Source: an uncultured virus (IMG/VR IMGVR_UViG_2645728113_000006)
Lineage: Duplodnaviria > Heunggongvirae > Uroviricota > Caudoviricetes
Direction: 5' to 3' (one strand)
Virus record (IMG/VR): IMGVR_UViG_2645728113_000006
Length of the DNA stretch: 20,000 nt
Below are positions 15,161 through 20,000 of the stretch, in pieces. Positions within the stretch are counted from its first letter, which is position 1. Each line of letters starts with the position of its first letter. The translations under genes and the position numbers were made by a program. Below the pieces are notes generated by a model that was not told where the DNA came from, made no database searches, and saw only the letters and a list, made by a program, of their open reading frames with translations.

Positions 15161-16723
15161 ATGGGCTGGTACAAGATGGGCACGGTTTCCGTTTCCCAAG
15201 GCTCCAATGCGGTGATTGGCACGGGGACATCCTTCATTGCGAACTCGCGCGTCGGCGATGCACTCCGTGGTCCTGACGGTGAGTGGTACGAAGTCACCAA
15301 CATTGCCAGCGACACGGCGTTATCGATCTCTCCGAATTACCAAGGAGTAACGGTTGTTGCCGGCGGCTATTCTCTGGCGCCTATGCAGGGTTACGTCAAG
15401 GATTCGGCAGATCAGCTGCGCGCAGCGACCAAAGTATTCTCTACCGCTGCTACTGACATGTCTGCCCAGATCGCTCAGGCCAAGGCCTCTTCGGATGCAG
15501 CGAAGGTTAGCGAAACGAATAGTGAGGCATCCGAAGCAAATGCTTCTGCTTCGCGTGATATAGCCAAAAAGTGGGCTGAGGCGGACGATGGGGTTCAGGT
15601 AGAGCCGGGTATGTATTCCTCTAAGGCTTGGGCTAATACCTCGTTGTACTACGCCGACCAGTCAAAGATATCTGAGACCAGTGCTAAGGCATCAGCGGAT
15701 GCAGCGGCTGCTTCAGCTTCTGTGCCGCTATCTACTCCTCTCACCAGTCTGAACACTAATAGCTCAACCGTTATCACGGCATCCGATAACATTCTTTCTG
15801 GTTTTGGGAAGCTGCAAGGTCAAAACAAATTAGGTGGGCTGGGTATTCTTCCCGCTGGATCTCCTTGGGTTTCGGACGTTAACGCGCTAACCGCATCCCG
15901 AACATTTACTTACGGTGCCGGTACTACGTCGAATCTTCCCCCTGGTGCTGACTATGGTGAGGGATTATTACTCTATGGTAATTCGGCAAGTGAAGGATCA
16001 ATGTTGTTGTTGAATCATGATACAGATAGAGCATTCATTAAGAGAAAGAGGGCTGGAAATTGGAAGGCCGGAGTCGAATTAGCGATATACCCTCCCGGTA
16101 CAACTGTTCTGTCTATAGAGAATGGTGGCACGGGCAGCTCTAGTGGCGTCGCTACGATGTCAGGGGCTACTGCTAGTAATGCGGGCGCAAAGGGACTTAT
16201 TCCTGCCCCTGCCGCTGGTGATCAGGCGAAATTTTTGGCGGGGGACGGAACATACAAGTCACCACCTTCTATTACATGGGGAGGAATTGTCGGCGCTCTT
16301 TCATCTCAGGTGGATTTGAAGGCCGCCCTTGATGCGAAGATGAGCATTGCCGACGCAATCTTCACCAAACAGTACCCGGCAAATAATGGTGCGCTTTTTT
16401 GGGTGTCATCCCCTGGGGCTTCAGGCCTATTGACCATTACACACGGACTGGCTGCGACGCCTAAGTTAAAGGTCATGTACGCAAAGTGTGTAACCGCTGA
16501 TGGCGGCTTTTCGGTAGGGGATGTTATAGAAGTCGCATGCCCTTCAGGTGATTATGTTGGCTCGACGCCTGGCTATGGGTTTTGTTATTACAGCCCAGAT
16601 GCCACAAATATGTTCATTAGGTTTCCAAGTTCTGGATTTTGGAACGGCCTGATCAAAACGAGCGGCGGTCACGTCAGTTACACCATTGCAAACTGGCAGT
16701 ATGCCTTTCGAGCTTGGAGTTAA
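15161..16723 (+). CDS. Side tail fibre protein
   Basis: ATG 15161 after GGAGA. N-terminal WY..GTVSV..GSNAV.GTGT.F anchor, Ala/Ser-rich coiled region, G..GLIPAPAAGDQAKFL.GDG motif, variable C-terminus. Confidence 0.85.
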   Translation: MGWYKMGTVSVSQGSNAVIGTGTSFIANSRVGDALRGPDGEWYEVTNIASDTALSISPNYQGVTVVAGGYSLAPMQGYVKDSADQLRAATKVFSTAATDMSAQIAQAKASSDAAKVSETNSEASEANASASRDIAKKWAEADDGVQVEPGMYSSKAWANTSLYYADQSKISETSAKASADAAAASASVPLSTPLTSLNTNSSTVITASDNILSGFGKLQGQNKLGGLGILPAGSPWVSDVNALTASRTFTYGAGTTSNLPPGADYGEGLLLYGNSASEGSMLLLNHDTDRAFIKRKRAGNWKAGVELAIYPPGTTVLSIENGGTGSSSGVATMSGATASNAGAKGLIPAPAAGDQAKFLAGDGTYKSPPSITWGGIVGALSSQVDLKAALDAKMSIADAIFTKQYPANNGALFWVSSPGASGLLTITHGLAATPKLKVMYAKCVTADGGFSVGDVIEVACPSGDYVGSTPGYGFCYYSPDATNMFIRFPSSGFWNGLIKTSGGHVSYTIANWQYAFRAWS

Positions 16724-16727
16724 GCGC

Positions 16728-17081
16728 ATGTCACAATTCTTCTACGTGGATAAAGACGGGAATTATCTTGGAAGCTGGGTTGATGCTGAGGATCCGCCCG
16801 AGCCTGGTCTTATAAGTGTGCCTGCGCCTGACTCGGCGGATCAGATATGGCAGTTCCCAGGTTGGTCCAGCAGCGATCTGTTAGACCGGATGGAAGAGGA
16901 TCAGTGGCGCGCCTCGGAAATGCCCAAGGCACAGATGAACATTACCTCTATCGAATATGGGGCCGACGACATCCCAGGTACCGCGGCGCAGTGGAAGGCC
17001 TACTGGCTTGGCCTTCGCAAGTGGACCGAGGAAAACCCTGATTTCCCCGACAGTAGCAAACGACCGGTTCCGCCCAACTGA
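16728..17081 (+). CDS. Tail fibre assembly/chaperone protein
   Basis: ATG 16728; C-terminal WKAYW.GLR.W.E...FPD...RP..P motif; follows the fibre gene. Confidence 0.75.
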   Translation: MSQFFYVDKDGNYLGSWVDAEDPPEPGLISVPAPDSADQIWQFPGWSSSDLLDRMEEDQWRASEMPKAQMNITSIEYGADDIPGTAAQWKAYWLGLRKWTEENPDFPDSSKRPVPPN

Positions 17082-17138
17082 CCCATAGCTAAATACCAAC
17101 AACCGCCTTGAGCGGTTTTTTTTCGCCTGGAGAAAAGT

Positions 17139-17564
17139 ATGCCGACCGCAGAAACTCGAGGGGTGCGTAATCGCAACCCCGGCAACATCGACTACAACCC
17201 GGCCAACCAATGGCAAGGCCAGCTCAAGCCAGACCCCGCCATCGAGAAGCGCTTCGCCCGCTTCGACACTGCCGAGAATGGTATCCGAGCGCTGGGTAAG
17301 CTGCTGCTGACCTACCAGCGTAAGCATGGGCTTAAGACGGTGAAGGCCATTATCAGCCGCTGGGCACCATCGGTAGAGAACGACACCGCCGCCTATGTGC
17401 GCGCCGTCGAGACCAATACCGGCACCCGGCTGGGAGCTGAGATTGATCTGGCCAAGCCTGCAGTGATGTCTGGATTTGTGAAGGCGATCATCCATCACGA
17501 AAACGCGGGGTATGCCTACCCTGACGCTGTGCTGGCGGAAGGCGTGCGGCGGGCACTGGCATGA
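17139..17564 (+). CDS. Endolysin-like protein (lysozyme-like, RG.RN.NPGNI family)
   Basis: RGVRNRNPGNI...F.RF...E.GIRA...I.RWAP..ENDT.AY...HEN; lies upstream of the spanins. Confidence 0.8.
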   Translation: MPTAETRGVRNRNPGNIDYNPANQWQGQLKPDPAIEKRFARFDTAENGIRALGKLLLTYQRKHGLKTVKAIISRWAPSVENDTAAYVRAVETNTGTRLGAEIDLAKPAVMSGFVKAIIHHENAGYAYPDAVLAEGVRRALA

Positions 17565-18076
17565 CGCCCGGGCAGATCCTGGCCGCGATCCTGCTGTCCA
17601 TGGCCGTCAGCGCCGGCGGCACCTGGCAGGTGCAGGACTGGCGCACGGGCAAGAAGCTCGCCGAGCAGGCGGGCCAGTTCCAGGCCGACATGGGGCTGGT
17701 CAGCGCTGCCGCCGCCAAGCAAGCACGCGATGCCACCGATAAGCGCCTGACCCTTGAGCAGCAGCTCGCCGGTCAGGACCAACAACACACCCGAGAACTG
17801 TCCGATGCCCAACGCAACCAGGCTCTACTGCGCGATCGTCTTGCCACTGCTGATCTGCGGCTGTCAGTCCTTCTCGACGCCACGGATTCAGCCGGTGGCT
17901 GCGACGTGCCTGCCGCCCCCGGCGCCGTCGGCGTGGTTCATGCAGCCCGTCGAGCCCAACTTGACCCGGCGCATGCTCAACGAATTATCGCCATCACCGA
18001 TGAGGGCGATAACGGATTGATCGCTCTACGCGCCTGTCAGGGATATGTCACAGAAATACTTAAGAGAAAATATTAA
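17561..18076 (+). CDS. Rz-like inner-membrane spanin
   Basis: N-terminal transmembrane segment, WQVQDWR, coiled coil, and C-terminal LRACQ.YV. Confidence 0.85.
   Translation: MTPGQILAAILLSMAVSAGGTWQVQDWRTGKKLAEQAGQFQADMGLVSAAAAKQARDATDKRLTLEQQLAGQDQQHTRELSDAQRNQALLRDRLATADLRLSVLLDATDSAGGCDVPAAPGAVGVVHAARRAQLDPAHAQRIIAITDEGDNGLIALRACQGYVTEILKRKY
17805..18020 (+). CDS. Rz1-like outer-membrane lipoprotein spanin, nested in Rz in another frame
   Basis: MPNATRLYCAIVLPLLICGCQS carries a lipobox, followed by Pro-rich CLPPPAPSAWFM; fully embedded in Rz. Confidence 0.8.
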   Translation: MPNATRLYCAIVLPLLICGCQSFSTPRIQPVAATCLPPPAPSAWFMQPVEPNLTRRMLNELSPSPMRAITD

Positions 18077-18579
18077 AATTTACAGGAGAAGTGCTCCAGG
18101 TATTGGGGGTGAACTTTGTCTCCAAACTTTTTTGTTAAATCTTGAGCTGAGTAGGAGTAGTAGGTTCTTATTTCCCCTAAGCGGTCCAGACGTATATCTC
18201 CATCATCGTTAAAAAAGTAGGCGTCTTCACCATCTTTTCTAAAGCCGTTTACTATGTGGTGGATAACTTGGGCGTTTGTATATATTGGTGAGGTTGTTAG
18301 CCACTCGGACTCAAAATCACCATCGGCGAACGGTACTCTGTCAGATATTTTCCTATGAAGATATCGCTCAAAGTCTTTTAGTTCTGCTTTTCCAATTCCA
18401 AGCTGCCCTAGGTTATAGCTAACAAATGGCACATAATACGGATTCGAAGTTCGTCCGGCTCTGATCCTGTTTAGAGGATTTTGGCTTGTTGTAAGGCCAA
18501 CCTTGCAGGTATTGAAGTCCTTTAGGTCTATCGCAATGTAGATGTGAGCGAAGGGTATAAATGGGTCATTCGGATGCAT
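18073..18579 (-). CDS. GIY-YIG-like (T5orf172/MUG113-type) domain protein, moron
   Basis: HIYIAID...CKVGLTT...NRI...TSNP...E..LH...SEW pattern; AT-rich; convergent with Rz. Confidence 0.7.
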   Translation of the reverse strand: MHPNDPFIPFAHIYIAIDLKDFNTCKVGLTTSQNPLNRIRAGRTSNPYYVPFVSYNLGQLGIGKAELKDFERYLHRKISDRVPFADGDFESEWLTTSPIYTNAQVIHHIVNGFRKDGEDAYFFNDDGDIRLDRLGEIRTYYSYSAQDLTKKFGDKVHPQYLEHFSCKF

Positions 18580-18789
18580 AGAAAATCCTTTTTTGGTAGA
18601 TAGGTTGAAGTTCGTAATGTCTAGGTAGTAAAAGTTAAAAAGGTTTTTTACTGTCTAAGGGTTGACTTACTCGTGCTTGAAGTAGAAAAGGCCGGATAAT
18701 CTTGGCAGCCAAAAGTAAAATTATAACTATTCTCGCCCCCTCGACCAACAATTGACAGTGCTGAGGGTATAGCAGTCTCACGTAAGGGG

Positions 18790-19473
18790 TCAGTTGCTTA
18801 CCGACTTGATTAGATCCGGGTCGTTGTTTCGCACATTCCCCACGACTGTGTCGACCCTGAACCATTCGAAGGTATCGGCTGGATCTCCCTGGTGCAGCAC
18901 CATCTGTTCGGCGCGCTCCTTTGATGTGGCTGGGTCCAACCATTCTCGGGCCAGGTCCGGCGTCAGTACTACGGGGCGCCGATCGTGAATGTCCACCATG
19001 CCGCCGGCGCTGTCGGCGGTGATGATCACGAAGCCATCGTGCTCGCCTGGGCCTTCATCGGAATCAGGCAGTTGGCCTATGGCCGCACAGAGCACGGGCG
19101 CACCATCCTTCCGGCGTATTAGATAGGGCTGCTTTTTGGGGCCGCCTTCGTCCACCCACTCGAACCAGTTGTTTATGGGCGTGATCGCCCGGTGTGGCCA
19201 GATTGCACGAAAGAATGGGCCGTGGGCCACGTTCTCTACGCGCGCATTGATGGGCGGTGCCCGGTCCTTGGCCCAGTGTGGCCGCCATCCCCACCGAACC
19301 ATGTCGGCGTGCAGCAACTCGCCCTGGAGGTGGAGCAGGGCGACCTGAGTGGATGGGGCCACGTTGTAGCGCTCGAGCGGCAATTCACCCGCGGAGTTCG
19401 CCAGGGCATTGTTCATGCCCAGCGTTGCCACGTACTCACGAATATCGCTGTACTGCGAAATTCTCCCGCACAT
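18790..19473 (-). CDS. SOS response-associated peptidase (SRAP/HMCES family, abasic-site protection)
   Basis: Begins MCGR (catalytic Cys2); RYNVAPS, WG..P.W, INARVE, FEW, IHDRRPVVL motifs. Confidence 0.95.
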   Translation of the reverse strand: MCGRISQYSDIREYVATLGMNNALANSAGELPLERYNVAPSTQVALLHLQGELLHADMVRWGWRPHWAKDRAPPINARVENVAHGPFFRAIWPHRAITPINNWFEWVDEGGPKKQPYLIRRKDGAPVLCAAIGQLPDSDEGPGEHDGFVIITADSAGGMVDIHDRRPVVLTPDLAREWLDPATSKERAEQMVLHQGDPADTFEWFRVDTVVGNVRNNDPDLIKSVSN

Positions 19474-19538
19474 ACACACCTCTCCATCTGTCGAAATCCC
19501 CTACAGAAAAATTGACCGCAAGCCGACTGCAAAGTTAA

Positions 19539-19554
19539 CTGTACATTCGTACAG
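19539..19554. promoter_or_regulatory. LexA (SOS) box
   Basis: CTGTACATTCGTACAG = CTGT-N8-ACAG, between the divergent SRAP and umuD-like genes; TTGACC candidate -35 at 19512. Confidence 0.85.
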
Positions 19555-19574
19555 TGCATGTAAAAGGCAGCATC

Positions 19575-20000
19575 ATGAGCTTTACCATTTTAGGCCCTAT
19601 ATCCGAAGGCGGCACGAAGCTGCCTTTCTGCTCGTTTCGGGTGCCTGCGGGGTTTCCATCGCCGGCAGCCGATCACATCGAGCAGCACATCTCATTGGAT
19701 GAGGTCTTAAACATTAGGGCGCCGCACGTCTACCTGATCGCCATCACCGGCGAGAGCATGCAGGGGGCCGGTATTTTCGAGGGCGACCTTGCGGTTGTAG
19801 ATCGGTCGATTGAGCCAGCGCACGGGCATATCGTGGTGGCTCTGCTGAACAACGACCCTGTCTGCAAGCGGCTGTGCAAGCGTGGGAAAGAGGTCATCCT
19901 GTTGTCGGAAAACCCGAAATACCCGGCGCGGTATGTTCTGGAAGGCGACGAGCTTTCTATCTGGGGCGTGATCACCAGCACCGTGCGCAGCCATGTCTAA
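19575..20000 (+). CDS. umuD: UmuD/RulA-like S24 peptidase (error-prone polymerase V subunit)
   Basis: VPAGFPSPAADH autocleavage site, GESM catalytic Ser, VCKRL catalytic Lys; no HTH; SOS box upstream. Confidence 0.85.
   Translation: MSFTILGPISEGGTKLPFCSFRVPAGFPSPAADHIEQHISLDEVLNIRAPHVYLIAITGESMQGAGIFEGDLAVVDRSIEPAHGHIVVALLNNDPVCKRLCKRGKEVILLSENPKYPARYVLEGDELSIWGVITSTVRSHV

Larger units (their letters stand above)
1..20000 (+). mobile_element. Lambda-like prophage, late (tail/lysis) region and right-end accessory genes
   Basis: H-M-L-K-I-J gene order, fibre, lysis cassette, antirepressor, SRAP/umuD. No att site or host gene is visible in the window. Confidence 0.9.

Noticed and set aside
15161..17081. 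Diversity-generating retroelement or invertible tail-fibre switch
   Set aside because: No reverse transcriptase, invertase, or duplicated TR/VR segment seen.
17081..17140. Missing holin next to the endolysin as an anomaly
   Set aside because: In many Pseudomonas prophages the holin lies upstream of the head genes, which would be outside this window.
1..18076. F-type tailocin rather than prophage
   Set aside because: Not formally excluded because head genes are outside the window, but the antirepressor module, multiple morons and SRAP/umuD end favour a prophage.

Overview
Right-hand part of a lambda-like (siphovirus) prophage tail and lysis region, probably from Pseudomonas (inferred from gene set and style). 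Order: tape measure (partial), M, L, K, a ~6.5 kb moron block, I, J, two small tail genes, tail fibre and chaperone, endolysin, Rz/Rz1, a GIY-YIG-like moron, SRAP, and a LexA-box-controlled UmuD-like gene. The moron block holds two HEPN-like genes, an AbiTii-domain gene, a P22 immI-like switch (XRE repressor / Arc / BRO-N antirepressor) and a lipoprotein. The main finding is a compact candidate RNA-guided system. A lone Cas7/RAMP-like gene (8052-8627) and an accessory gene (8620-9078) precede a non-coding array (9072-9350) of three structured repeats that separate two tracts of NN-GGY pentamers. Read as a gapped code (NN-x-NN-x), the variable dinucleotides spell codon positions 1-2 of conserved motifs in tail genes J (V-D-K-W-E-L-Y-R-I) and I (N-T-P-G-Y-A-F-G-S). 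This phage's own copies of both sites differ at read positions, including synonymous Leu CTN>TTG and Ser AGY>TCG swaps. That pattern suggests guides aimed at competing related phages, with self-escape. It resembles what I recall as VIPR-type systems (from memory, not verified here).
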